Below are positions 40,553-49,117 of a DNA stretch of 64,000 bases, piece by piece (within the stretch, counting starts at the first letter, position 1; every line of letters starts with the position of its first letter). The position numbers and the translations under genes were made by a program. The notes under the pieces are model-generated. The model was given only the letters and a program-made list of their open reading frames with translations, was not told the DNA's origin and searched no databases. Origin of the DNA: an uncultured virus (IMG/VR IMGVR_UViG_3300008266_000310) (lineage: Duplodnaviria; Heunggongvirae; Uroviricota; Caudoviricetes); IMG/VR virus record IMGVR_UViG_3300008266_000310. One strand, given 5' to 3'.

Positions 40553-41133
40553 TACTTTTTAATTTTTGGTGCAAGTAACTTAAAAATCTTCGATGCAGCA
40601 CCTCTATTGAATGCAGCTTCAGGAACAGCTTCAACGAAAGATTCGTAATCACCAGAATCTAACAAGTTTCTTACGTGCGGGGCTGTTATATCACCTGCTT
40701 TTTCATGAACCTTTATCAACTTTACTCTATCTCCAAACTCTTTTTGTAGCGAAGTAACATACTCTAGATCATCTACTTCGTCATCTCCCGCTGAAACATA
40801 TACAGGATTTACTGTTGAATTTTCTTCAAGGTATTTGTAGATATCTACTACTGGAGATTCTTGGTCGGAGATTTTTACCTTAATTTTAGAATTTGGTTCT
40901 GCTTGAAGGTATATATTCCAAATAGCAAGAGAATCTTCAGGGGTAATTCCGTCTACTACTTTCTTACTTATTATGATATATACTACCTTAACATAGTCTC
41001 TACTAGCCAAATCTTTTGCAGCCTGGTAGTGTCCTTTATGTGGCGGTTTAAATCTTCCTGGGTAGAAGCACGGACCAGATTCATTTATAAGTGCCTCTGC
41101 GATTCTTTTCCCTAATAATTCAGCATTAATCAT
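40552..41133 (-). CDS. Cytidylyltransferase-like (HxGH) nucleotidyltransferase
   Basis: FYPGRFKPPHKGH, ITAPHVR. Confidence 0.75.
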   Translation of the reverse strand: MINAELLGKRIAEALINESGPCFYPGRFKPPHKGHYQAAKDLASRDYVKVVYIIISKKVVDGITPEDSLAIWNIYLQAEPNSKIKVKISDQESPVVDIYKYLEENSTVNPVYVSAGDDEVDDLEYVTSLQKEFGDRVKLIKVHEKAGDITAPHVRNLLDSGDYESFVEAVPEAAFNRGAASKIFKLLAPKIKK

Positions 41134-41139
41134 ACTGAT

Positions 41140-41147
41140 TATAAATA
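41140..41147 (-). promoter_or_regulatory. Putative late promoter motif TATTTATA
   Basis: Plus strand tataaata 6 nt upstream of ATG 41133. Confidence 0.55.
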
Positions 41148-41148
41148 T

Positions 41149-41787
41149 CTACAGGGGTTGATACTCCGGACAAGCATTTTCTATCTCCTTTTTTAACTGT
41201 TCCATATACTCTACGGCGATTAAAACCTTTTCTTTTACGTTCGCTACCTCTTCCTGATCTAACTCTAACCTAAAAACAAACATTTGATAACCTTCCAATA
41301 CACGGGGGTCGAAACTAATAAAGTCACACCAGGTTGCTCCAGCACAAATCATGTTCGAAATACACTGGTAGTAATAGTTAGGTACTACTTTTTTAAACTT
41401 TGCAGCAGAATCAATGAGTCCATACTTAAAGTGATTGGCGGAATTATAAGGACATTTAACCTCTATAATACCTTCCGGTGATACTATTCCGTCAGGCGAT
41501 CCTCCGTAGTATTCATCTGCAAGAATAAACGAAGCTTTTTCTACCTTGTTATTAGTCACTTGCTCGTAACGTTCAATAGCAACAGATTCTAACTCGGTAC
41601 CCCAGTCAAGAGCTTGGCCGCTGGCTGGTTCTTTATATCCGTTAAAGTGTTCACATACTTTTTCGAGAAGGTAGGTCTTAGCTGTTTCAGTTAATCCCTT
41701 ATCGCTCATTATCTTGTGTATTTCTGAGCTAGTTATTTTACCTCGTCTCATTTCAAACCACTCCGGGCTTCTTTGTTCAACTATCAT
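41149..41787 (-). CDS. YqaJ / lambda-exonuclease family protein
   Basis: EQRSPEWFEMRRGKITSS, WGTELE, GSPDG, IEVKCP, YYYQ. Confidence 0.9.
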   Translation of the reverse strand: MIVEQRSPEWFEMRRGKITSSEIHKIMSDKGLTETAKTYLLEKVCEHFNGYKEPASGQALDWGTELESVAIERYEQVTNNKVEKASFILADEYYGGSPDGIVSPEGIIEVKCPYNSANHFKYGLIDSAAKFKKVVPNYYYQCISNMICAGATWCDFISFDPRVLEGYQMFVFRLELDQEEVANVKEKVLIAVEYMEQLKKEIENACPEYQPL

Positions 41788-42707
41788 AAGTGCATTTTTT
41801 TTAATAACAGCTCCCTGAATGTAAGCTGCTTGGCGGTGTGTAAATATTTTGTCATTTCCTCAAAACCGATCTCTGAAGGATCTTTACTGTTTAGTTCAAT
41901 CAAGTAGACATCTTTACCTAGGTTGAGTAAATCTACAGAATACTTCAGAGCTTCTTTTAGGGCATCGTTATCTAAAGCCAAGTAAACTGTTCGTACATCA
42001 CTCTCTACTAGCTTCATCATAAGAGCTTTAGGAATTGTCTTTCCAAATAGCGGTATTGCGTTTCTTCTCAATGTTATTGCATCAAAAATACCTTCACATA
42101 ACACTACAGGTACTTTCCAATTGATATAATACTCAAACCCTATCAATTCGTTCTTATTACAGGAAGGTGCATTATACTTTCTAGCTGGATCTCTTTCATA
42201 TGATCTAGAAATAAAGTAATTTACACGGCCATTACTGTCATAAGAAGGAATAATTACTGAATTTGCATACCTACCTGTCTCGCAGTACCCGATATTATAC
42301 TTCATAATGTCTTCATCTGTTATACCTCTACTCTTGACGTAGGCTTTAGCTTGTCGGTAACTTAACTTTGTACTGTTTTGTGTAAGAGTTAAAAACTCTT
42401 TCGGCAATTGCACCACCGTGTAACTCTTCTCATCTACATCTCCTTTACCGTCAGGGAAATAACTTCGCATTTCTGACAACTGTGTAGGACTGGCATGTAA
42501 TTTTTTGAGTAAAGAAATTAAATTTCGTCCTTTTGTAGCAGGTTGACAAGTCCAACAATGGTAAAATCCTGTTTTTGGATCTACCTCTAACTTAGGTTTG
42601 TGATGTTTACAGAATGGACAGTGAAAGGCATAGTTACCTTTTGTGGAGGGTTTAGATTTACCTAATAAACTATGTAATAATCCTAGTACGAGTCGTGAAT
42701 TTTCCAT
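41784..42707 (-). CDS. DNA primase (zinc finger + TOPRIM)
   Basis: CPFC...HCWTC, YVKSRGI, LCEGIFDA, LALDND. Confidence 0.9.
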   Translation of the reverse strand: MENSRLVLGLLHSLLGKSKPSTKGNYAFHCPFCKHHKPKLEVDPKTGFYHCWTCQPATKGRNLISLLKKLHASPTQLSEMRSYFPDGKGDVDEKSYTVVQLPKEFLTLTQNSTKLSYRQAKAYVKSRGITDEDIMKYNIGYCETGRYANSVIIPSYDSNGRVNYFISRSYERDPARKYNAPSCNKNELIGFEYYINWKVPVVLCEGIFDAITLRRNAIPLFGKTIPKALMMKLVESDVRTVYLALDNDALKEALKYSVDLLNLGKDVYLIELNSKDPSEIGFEEMTKYLHTAKQLTFRELLLKKMHL

Positions 42708-42740
42708 GTATATCCCTGTTCTACAAGGAATATTAAGTAA

Positions 42741-43208
42741 TTATTCTGAGACTTCCAAGTCTCTTCTAAAAAATTTTGCTAAAACATTGTCATTGTACGA
42801 CTTATCTGAAATAAGTACTTCTTCTACACACTGAAAATGCACCTCCCAGTAAGTAAGCTGCTTTTTATTAAAGCAAAACTTGAGGATTTCTTTACGGAAA
42901 GCTTGAATTCCGTTTTGTTTAATTTCGTCTTGAATAGTCTTGTTAGATCCCCAGTATTCTTGCCAGTTTGACTCTGTAGTTACGAGCTTTTTTGTAGGTT
43001 TTCTACCCGGACCCTGGTGTTCTGCAAGCTCTTTTTTTGTTAGCTTCTTTCTAACGTTCGAATATAGAGATTTTTTACCGATATAAAATTTACCAGTCTT
43101 AATATTCGTAATTTTGTATACAAAACCTAAACATTTTTCTGGAAATTTATCGATATTGTCGTACTCCTTTATAGTTCCTTTCTCGTATATAAACCATTTT
43201 TCAGTCAT
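42741..43208 (-). CDS. GIY-YIG-like protein (Seg-like nuclease fold)
   Basis: GFVYKITNIKTGKFYIGKK, YWGS, FRKEIL, YN. Confidence 0.75.
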   Translation of the reverse strand: MTEKWFIYEKGTIKEYDNIDKFPEKCLGFVYKITNIKTGKFYIGKKSLYSNVRKKLTKKELAEHQGPGRKPTKKLVTTESNWQEYWGSNKTIQDEIKQNGIQAFRKEILKFCFNKKQLTYWEVHFQCVEEVLISDKSYNDNVLAKFFRRDLEVSE

Positions 43209-43226
43209 AGACTTTTAATTATACTT

Positions 43227-43598
43227 TTAGCTATCCCACCTAACAACAAAAGTTATATCTGTATTAGAAGGAATAGGGTACGGAGTAGCTAATTTTCCGA
43301 TAACTAACAATTCGTTAGCTTCGTTATACAAGCCTACAGTCGTAGCATAAGGATGAAAAGAGGATCCTGTTATATTATCTGCAAGAGTACCGTCTACGAT
43401 CTGGCCATTTATAGCTGAGCCGCTTTCTGGCGCATAAAAAGGTAATGCAGATAATCCCGTGATAAGGGTAGTTGCTTTAAATACAGTAGGATTTTGCGAG
43501 TAATTAAAGTCGTTTTCTAAAACTCTACATTTAACCTCATTTACGTAAATCGTGGTTTCAGCTCCTAAAGCTAATTTGTATGGTGCATACGATGGCAT
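43227..43598 (-). CDS. Structural protein corresponding to the C-terminal half of the 47328-48413 family
   Basis: ETTIY...FNYSQNPT...PYATTVGLYNEANELLVIGKLATP...FVVRWD parallels ETIS...YNYSTNPT...TYVTTVGMYNDNSELLAVAKMSKP...IRVKLDW. Start placed at MPSYAP (43598). Confidence 0.7.
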   Translation of the reverse strand: MPSYAPYKLALGAETTIYVNEVKCRVLENDFNYSQNPTVFKATTLITGLSALPFYAPESGSAINGQIVDGTLADNITGSSFHPYATTVGLYNEANELLVIGKLATPYPIPSNTDITFVVRWDS

Positions 43599-43600
43599 AC

Positions 43601-44473
43601 TTATAAATAGTAGAACGGCCAAACATTTTTGTGCAGCCCCCAGTAACTGTGTTCTCTAAACGTATCTTTCCTGTATACGTTATAGTGAGAAGTAAAATGT
43701 TTTCCGTGATTTACGTGTATAGCCGGATGTATACACTCCCACTGTTTCCGTATCAGGGTTTGAGGTTCTATAAGTCCGGCATTTCTAATAAGAGCATTAG
43801 CTAGAATAGATTCACAGTGGTGAATTGCTTCGCTAAATCTCATCGTCATTTGATGAAAAGGCTCATCTCTTTGTCCTAAAGGTTGAAATCCATTAGCATT
43901 AATTCCCATGTAATTCATATTAGTCAATACGCAACCCTCTTCAAATTCAGGAAATTCAAAGTATCCTTCCGGATATAATACGTCATGTTCTAAAAAAGAA
44001 ACATACTTGTAATTACCAATCTCTTTTGCTTGGTATAGCAATTGCATTACCTGTAATAACTGGTTTAAATGACTGCAGGTATGAGTCCAGGCAATAAACT
44101 CAGGAAAAGGATTTTCTGGTTCATGCTGCCACATTGAGGTTAGGATATCGGCCCTACTCTCAGACGCTTTTAGAATGGATTTTAACGAGGCTTTTATTGC
44201 AGGGTATATAGTACTATTATTATTATTTGAGTAGAATATCCCCAGTCTCTCGTGCTTTGATTGAGGGAATACAAAGAGGGTATGCTCCTTAATACTGTGA
44301 TCGGTAATTACTCTTTCGTTTTCTACTATAATATCTAAATACTTAACCACTCCGGGCTGGGTATCGCCAATAATGCTGTTATCAGATCGAACAATAAGTT
44401 TATTTCCATTAACTTTAGACTGTATTTTTTCTGTACAGTCGACTCCTCCGTATGTTGCTTTTAAAATTTTCAT
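43601..44473 (-). CDS. Putative GT-A glycosyltransferase with N-terminal SUEL/galactose-lectin-like domain
   Basis: ILKATYGGVDCT...NSIIGDTQPGVVKYLDI (A-x-YG...GDPxPGxxKYL pattern); YVSFLEHDVLYP DxD-like motif; IHVNHG.HFT. Confidence 0.55.
   Translation of the reverse strand: MKILKATYGGVDCTEKIQSKVNGNKLIVRSDNSIIGDTQPGVVKYLDIIVENERVITDHSIKEHTLFVFPQSKHERLGIFYSNNNNSTIYPAIKASLKSILKASESRADILTSMWQHEPENPFPEFIAWTHTCSHLNQLLQVMQLLYQAKEIGNYKYVSFLEHDVLYPEGYFEFPEFEEGCVLTNMNYMGINANGFQPLGQRDEPFHQMTMRFSEAIHHCESILANALIRNAGLIEPQTLIRKQWECIHPAIHVNHGKHFTSHYNVYRKDTFREHSYWGLHKNVWPFYYL
43602..43609 (-). promoter_or_regulatory. Putative late promoter motif TATTTATA
   Basis: Plus strand tataaata 3 nt upstream of ATG 43598. 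Confidence 0.55.
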
Positions 44474-44992
44474 TTATTTTCTTTTAGCATGCATTATGCC
44501 CATTTGATTAATATCAGTACAGAACCACCCGAACTGATTTATTGCAAAAATTTCAAAGCCAAACTCTTCTAGCTTTTCTGTTAAGATTCTTTTACACTCA
44601 TGATTGTGATACTCTATTGCAACTTCTTCCACACAGGAAAATTGTTCTGAAGTTATGTGTTGCATATGTGCTTCATGTCCTTCGATATCCATCTTAATTA
44701 CTGCTGGTTGATACTCGGACAATACTTCTACAAGACTCTCTACACTTGTAATAGCTTTACATATAAAAATATGGTCTGAATATTTTACTTTTAGTTGTTC
44801 TATCTCGCTGCAAGCTACATCTACTCCTATGACTTTACTAGCTCCTCTATTTAAAAGATATTCAGGAGTTGATTCGTGGGGTTGAAATAACCAACCGCAT
44901 CCTAAATCTAGAACTACCTTGTTTTCTACTTCTTTTAGATCAGACCAATGCTCTAAAGGATTTTCCGAATGTACTACTTTTGTACTAAACAT
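44474..44992 (-). CDS. SAM-dependent methyltransferase, FkbM-like
   Basis: VVLDLGCG, GASKVIGVD, IKMDIEGHE, IEYH, L...GF. Confidence 0.7.
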   Translation of the reverse strand: MFSTKVVHSENPLEHWSDLKEVENKVVLDLGCGWLFQPHESTPEYLLNRGASKVIGVDVACSEIEQLKVKYSDHIFICKAITSVESLVEVLSEYQPAVIKMDIEGHEAHMQHITSEQFSCVEEVAIEYHNHECKRILTEKLEEFGFEIFAINQFGWFCTDINQMGIMHAKRK

Positions 44993-45939
44993 GATTTTTT
45001 AGAGGTTTTAATTATTTCTTTAACGTAGTTATAACCGCAGGTAGTACTTTTAAAATTATCTTGTTCTATATCGTACGGTAACTTTTCCATGTAATTAGCC
45101 TTGTAGAACTGCCTACCACATGAACAAGTAACGCCTGCATTATGAAAAATAGTCGTTTCTTCCCACCGTTCTATGTTATCTGTAGCCCAGCTAAAGTTCA
45201 TCTCTGGTACTACTTTTGTTTCATTTCCGAGTAACCATCCATTCCATAAGACAGCCCACATATCAGCACACCAAATTTGAAGGGGATGATGTGAAGGATC
45301 TTCTTTTACTTTTTGTTCATTTAATTTAGTGATCCAATAAAATAAATCTTCGCAATCTGCTTCAACTTTTTCCCAGAAATTAGCATTTATATTTTTTAAA
45401 ATATACTGAGCTCCTCCTGAATTGGAATTCATTAATTTAGGAATCAAAGGATCAATCTGCACTATTTTACACATTCTAGTATAGACATCCTGTCCTTTAG
45501 ACATAATGTAATCGTAGTTTATATAACTATTCGTATTACTCAAATACCATACACCGTCCTGTATAAATGAATCCCAGTTAGGTTTTTTAGTAAATACAAT
45601 ATCCGAATCGTAGTAAAAGATAGCTTCTTTTTCTAGTTCAGGGTATGCTGTAAAATGCTGTTTAAGTACATTAGGTCGAATAGAAGAAATATAGCGAATT
45701 GGCTGTTGTCTAGTATCTTGATAAAAGAAAAAACGAACATTGTTATAATGATTTGCTAATGCAGTCCATGCTTCTATGTTTTCCGGGGCAGACGTTTTAT
45801 CTTCTGGATTCCAGGCAACTAAAATGTCGATACTATTAGGGTTGATTCCATGCTCTAGAAAATTGTTAATCATTACTTCAACCTGCCAAGCGTAGTATAA
45901 GAGTCTAGGCTGGACGCATACATAACGTAAATTCTTCAT
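44974..45939 (-). CDS. Putative glycosyltransferase resembling peptide O-glycosyltransferases (GT95/GT96-like)
   Basis: Ordered motifs YYAWQ, YISSIRP, YYDSDI (DxD), SGGAQY, FW, WCADMWA, FH. Confidence 0.6.
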   Translation of the reverse strand: MKNLRYVCVQPRLLYYAWQVEVMINNFLEHGINPNSIDILVAWNPEDKTSAPENIEAWTALANHYNNVRFFFYQDTRQQPIRYISSIRPNVLKQHFTAYPELEKEAIFYYDSDIVFTKKPNWDSFIQDGVWYLSNTNSYINYDYIMSKGQDVYTRMCKIVQIDPLIPKLMNSNSGGAQYILKNINANFWEKVEADCEDLFYWITKLNEQKVKEDPSHHPLQIWCADMWAVLWNGWLLGNETKVVPEMNFSWATDNIERWEETTIFHNAGVTCSCGRQFYKANYMEKLPYDIEQDNFKSTTCGYNYVKEIIKTSKKSCLVQK

Positions 45940-45960
45940 AACAGATTATTATTTTACTTA

Positions 45961-47316
45961 TTATAAGGCTGCGCAAGCATCACCGCATGTTGCATAATTT
46001 CCAGAAGATGTATCTAAGACATATCCAGGACCTGTAGGACTAGTTCCTGTGATTTGATATACATGATTAAGATCTGCTGCATCTGGGTAGAATCTACTTG
46101 TAGTTACAGTTTGTCCAGCAGGGAATGCTACTATTAATCCGCTGCTAACCACAGTACAAGTAGAACATTGGTATTTGTCAGCTGTGTAGTGATCATAAAC
46201 TACTGTTGTTGTTGTAGTTGTTGTACTAGTAGTAGTTGTTGTGGTGGGAGTAGTACAGACTGTTATATCTCTTACAACATATCCATTAGTTTCAAAATTT
46301 ACATAATACGGACCAATTTTAAAATATTGCTGGGAAGTATCTGTATAAGCACTAGCTGTTATAGGTACAGTAAGGCATTCATCATAATATAAAGGTGTAC
46401 CATTAGTAAGTGCTAATGATGAAGAATAATATATAGTAGAAGCACTAACTAATAAATTACATGCAGCATCAGCAGAACTAGTTCCAAACATTCTAGGTAA
46501 TCCTGTATCATAATTATAATACATACTCTGTGCATTTTGTGGAGCACAAGTTGTTGTAGTTGTAGTAGTACTAGTAGTAGTTGTTGTTGTTGTTGGTACT
46601 GTTGTCGTGCTTGTAGTAGTACTAGTAGTAGTTGTAGTTGGTACTGTCGTAGTCGTTGTAGTCGTACTAGTAGTCGTAGGTACTGTTGTCGTACTAGTAG
46701 TTGTGCTAGTAGTTGTGGTAGTCGGAGCAGTAGTAGTTGTACTAGTTGTAGAAGTAGTAGTCGTTGTAGATCCGGTAGGACATGGTAGAATATCTAGATA
46801 ATTAGGGTTGGTAAAAATAACCATTCCCTGCGGGTATATAACATTACCTACATGCAGACTTCCAGATACTTTATCTACGAGATTACCGTTACCGTCATCT
46901 ACGATATAGTAAGCAGAAGAAGAAAGTATAAAATTATTCTTAGCTATCTTTTCGCCGAAAACTCCTCTTGGTACTGATAAAATAGTTATACGGGCATTTG
47001 ATTCTGTAGGAAAATACCTATTATCTGAATCTAAAGAACCAGAAGCGGCAGTAGATTGTAAAAAATTATCCGCACTTGAAGCAGAAACTGGAAATGACCC
47101 GGTGAGGTAGTTAGAATAATACAAGTGCCTGATTGACCAGTAGTTCAAAGTTTCTTGCGGAATAGATCCTGTTATAGTCACAGGACCGTTCACCCCATTC
47201 AAAACTTCCATTCCATACTCCGCAAGCGTACTACAATTGTACGACGAAGTGTATATTAGTTTGATCGGAGTAGTAATAACATCAGATGTTTTAAGACTAT
47301 TTGATGATCTACTCAT
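45961..47316 (-). CDS. Virion structural protein with mucin-like Thr/Pro tracts and Cys-containing distal domains
   Basis: N-terminal GEKI...IVDDGNGNL...VGNVIYPQGMVIFT domain; ~75-aa TTTTSTTTSTTTVP tract; second shorter Thr tract; two small Cys-flanked domains. Confidence 0.75.
   Translation of the reverse strand: MSRSSNSLKTSDVITTPIKLIYTSSYNCSTLAEYGMEVLNGVNGPVTITGSIPQETLNYWSIRHLYYSNYLTGSFPVSASSADNFLQSTAASGSLDSDNRYFPTESNARITILSVPRGVFGEKIAKNNFILSSSAYYIVDDGNGNLVDKVSGSLHVGNVIYPQGMVIFTNPNYLDILPCPTGSTTTTTSTTSTTTTAPTTTTTSTTTSTTTVPTTTSTTTTTTTVPTTTTTSTTTSTTTVPTTTTTTTSTTTTTTTCAPQNAQSMYYNYDTGLPRMFGTSSADAACNLLVSASTIYYSSSLALTNGTPLYYDECLTVPITASAYTDTSQQYFKIGPYYVNFETNGYVVRDITVCTTPTTTTTTSTTTTTTTVVYDHYTADKYQCSTCTVVSSGLIVAFPAGQTVTTSRFYPDAADLNHVYQITGTSPTGPGYVLDTSSGNYATCGDACAAL
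46549..46770 (-). repeat. Low-complexity ACN-codon (poly-Thr) tract
   Basis: Plus strand gtagtagttgttgt... runs; translation STTTTTSTTSTTTTAPTTTT... Confidence 0.9.
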
Positions 47317-47327
47317 GAATTATTTTA

Positions 47328-48413
47328 TTACCAGTCTAATTTTACCCTGATTAAAGCTTCTTTTGTAAAGTCTTTTACAAGAGGTTTAGACATTTTAGCT
47401 ACTGCTAAAAGCTCGCTATTATCATTATACATTCCTACAGTTGTGACGTAGGTTTGAGGGCTGTAAATCATAGTCGGGTACAAGACTTCACCAGATCCAG
47501 ATACAAATGTCGGATTGGTAGAGTAGTTGTAGTCGGCGTTACCAATTCTAACAAACACGTAATCGGATGAAATAGTTTCTTGAGAGTTTAACTCAAATTC
47601 ACCGCTACGTGAAATAGCTTGAAAAAGTATAGTGTTATTGGTAGAGGTGTAAGAAGCAGAAGCGTTTAGGGAATAGCTACCTGATCCGTAATTAGCTCTA
47701 TCTAACGGTAATGCAATACCTCCTTGAATAGCTGGCAAAGCGAAGGCGCTAGCATTAAGAAGAATGGTACCGATATCTGGAAGATAAAAACCATAAGAAC
47801 CAGAAGCGGTGTATCCAGGGGCAATCTGACCGGCACTATTTGTAGAAGTAGCTCTACCGTAAGAACCTGATACGAGGTTAAATACCCTACCACAATCCAA
47901 GTAAGTAACAGTAGTAACATCGTTACTATTATCACAGACTGTAATTTCACCTGCAGAACTTGAAAGACTTAAATTAAAAGTACCGGGCATTAAGCTCTCT
48001 TTATACCTGTTTCTATCTACATTTATAGCTAGAATATCTGGAGCATTTGTAGCAAGGCCTCCAAAATTAAAACCTTGAAGAGAACCTGATAGAGCAGGGC
48101 CGTATACAAGGGTTTCGTACTGCCTGTAAGTAGTTAAAGAAGGCGATACACCTGGAACGAGAGGGTTATACCACTGAGATCCGGAACCGTTGATATTACC
48201 GTATGCAATAGCGAATTGTGTAGCAGCTCCTGTGGAATTACTCTGCGTCTGGTAGACATTCAAGTAGAATGCACCCTGAGTAATAGTAGTTGAGGGAATA
48301 GACGAGGCTGTATAAAAAGTTGTTAACGTAGGCTGATTAGCACTCCAAGCCGGAGCTGTAATAGAGTCCGAGCTAATCACAAAATCTGTTGGAGCAAGTC
48401 TTGTAAATGACAT
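47328..48413 (-). CDS. Virion (baseplate/tail-associated) structural protein
   Basis: QFAIAYG, RYKESLMPG, YNYSTNPTF, YVTTVGMYND..ELLAVAK; in the structural cluster. Confidence 0.65.
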   Translation of the reverse strand: MSFTRLAPTDFVISSDSITAPAWSANQPTLTTFYTASSIPSTTITQGAFYLNVYQTQSNSTGAATQFAIAYGNINGSGSQWYNPLVPGVSPSLTTYRQYETLVYGPALSGSLQGFNFGGLATNAPDILAINVDRNRYKESLMPGTFNLSLSSSAGEITVCDNSNDVTTVTYLDCGRVFNLVSGSYGRATSTNSAGQIAPGYTASGSYGFYLPDIGTILLNASAFALPAIQGGIALPLDRANYGSGSYSLNASASYTSTNNTILFQAISRSGEFELNSQETISSDYVFVRIGNADYNYSTNPTFVSGSGEVLYPTMIYSPQTYVTTVGMYNDNSELLAVAKMSKPLVKDFTKEALIRVKLDW

Positions 48414-48417
48414 ATTT

Positions 48418-49083
48418 TTATTGTGTTACTTTTGTTATTTGAACTGGAACGAATAATCTTGCACCAGAGTCGCGTCCTATAACAGTGAGTGTGGTGTAGA
48501 GAGTGCTATTGTTTCCAAAGAGAGTATTCACTGTCGTACCGGTAATATTAATCGAAGTACCTATTACAGTTTTAGATACGTTAGTTCCAATTGTAGTTAC
48601 ACCTGTAGCATTTAGAGCAGTTGCTTGTGGAGTGTTAATACCTACACCATTAAAGGCAGCTGTAGTTCTAACATCTCCAATAGTTGCAACATATCCAGAT
48701 TGTTCGAAAGTTGAAACAGCTCCAAGATAGTTTAATGTTTGAGGCGTAATAGAAATAGAAGCACCTTGCTTAAGAACGATAGTAGTGTATCCAATACTGA
48801 TAACTGGAAGCTTAGCTGTACCTCTCGGTAGAGTAATGAGCTTATACTTCATAATCTCTTGAGATTCAGGGAAAGCTTGTATAATTGGCATATTTTCAAT
48901 AGCTTCTCCGTAAAATGCCGATCCAGAAGGATGGTTTGGATTATAAAGAGTGTAGTCTACTTCATCGTCGGATAAAGAAAACTGTGTGATTTGGAAAGAG
49001 CCATCGTTTTGAGCGAGTAATTGCCTTCCCTTATCGGTTAGAATAGCGTCTACAACAACTGTCGTGTTACTTAAATATGCCAT
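48418..49083 (-). CDS. Virion structural protein
   Basis: VDAILTDKGRQLLA...ITQFSLSDDEVDY N-terminus typical of baseplate/fibre-attachment proteins. Confidence 0.65.
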   Translation of the reverse strand: MAYLSNTTVVVDAILTDKGRQLLAQNDGSFQITQFSLSDDEVDYTLYNPNHPSGSAFYGEAIENMPIIQAFPESQEIMKYKLITLPRGTAKLPVISIGYTTIVLKQGASISITPQTLNYLGAVSTFEQSGYVATIGDVRTTAAFNGVGINTPQATALNATGVTTIGTNVSKTVIGTSINITGTTVNTLFGNNSTLYTTLTVIGRDSGARLFVPVQITKVTQ

Positions 49084-49103
49084 GTTTTTACTGTTTTTCT
49101 TCT

Positions 49104-49111
49104 AATAAATA
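49104..49111 (-). promoter_or_regulatory. Putative late promoter motif TATTTATT
   Basis: Plus strand aataaata upstream of ATG 49083. Confidence 0.55.
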
Positions 49112-49117
49112 GGAAGT

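Noticed and set aside
42741..43208. Intron-encoded homing endonuclease
   Set aside because: The GIY-YIG-like gene is free-standing between intact genes, and I saw no interrupted host gene or intron structure.
46168..46801. Plus-strand poly-Cys/Ser and poly-Val ORFs
   Set aside because: Antisense readings of the poly-Thr (ACN) tract.
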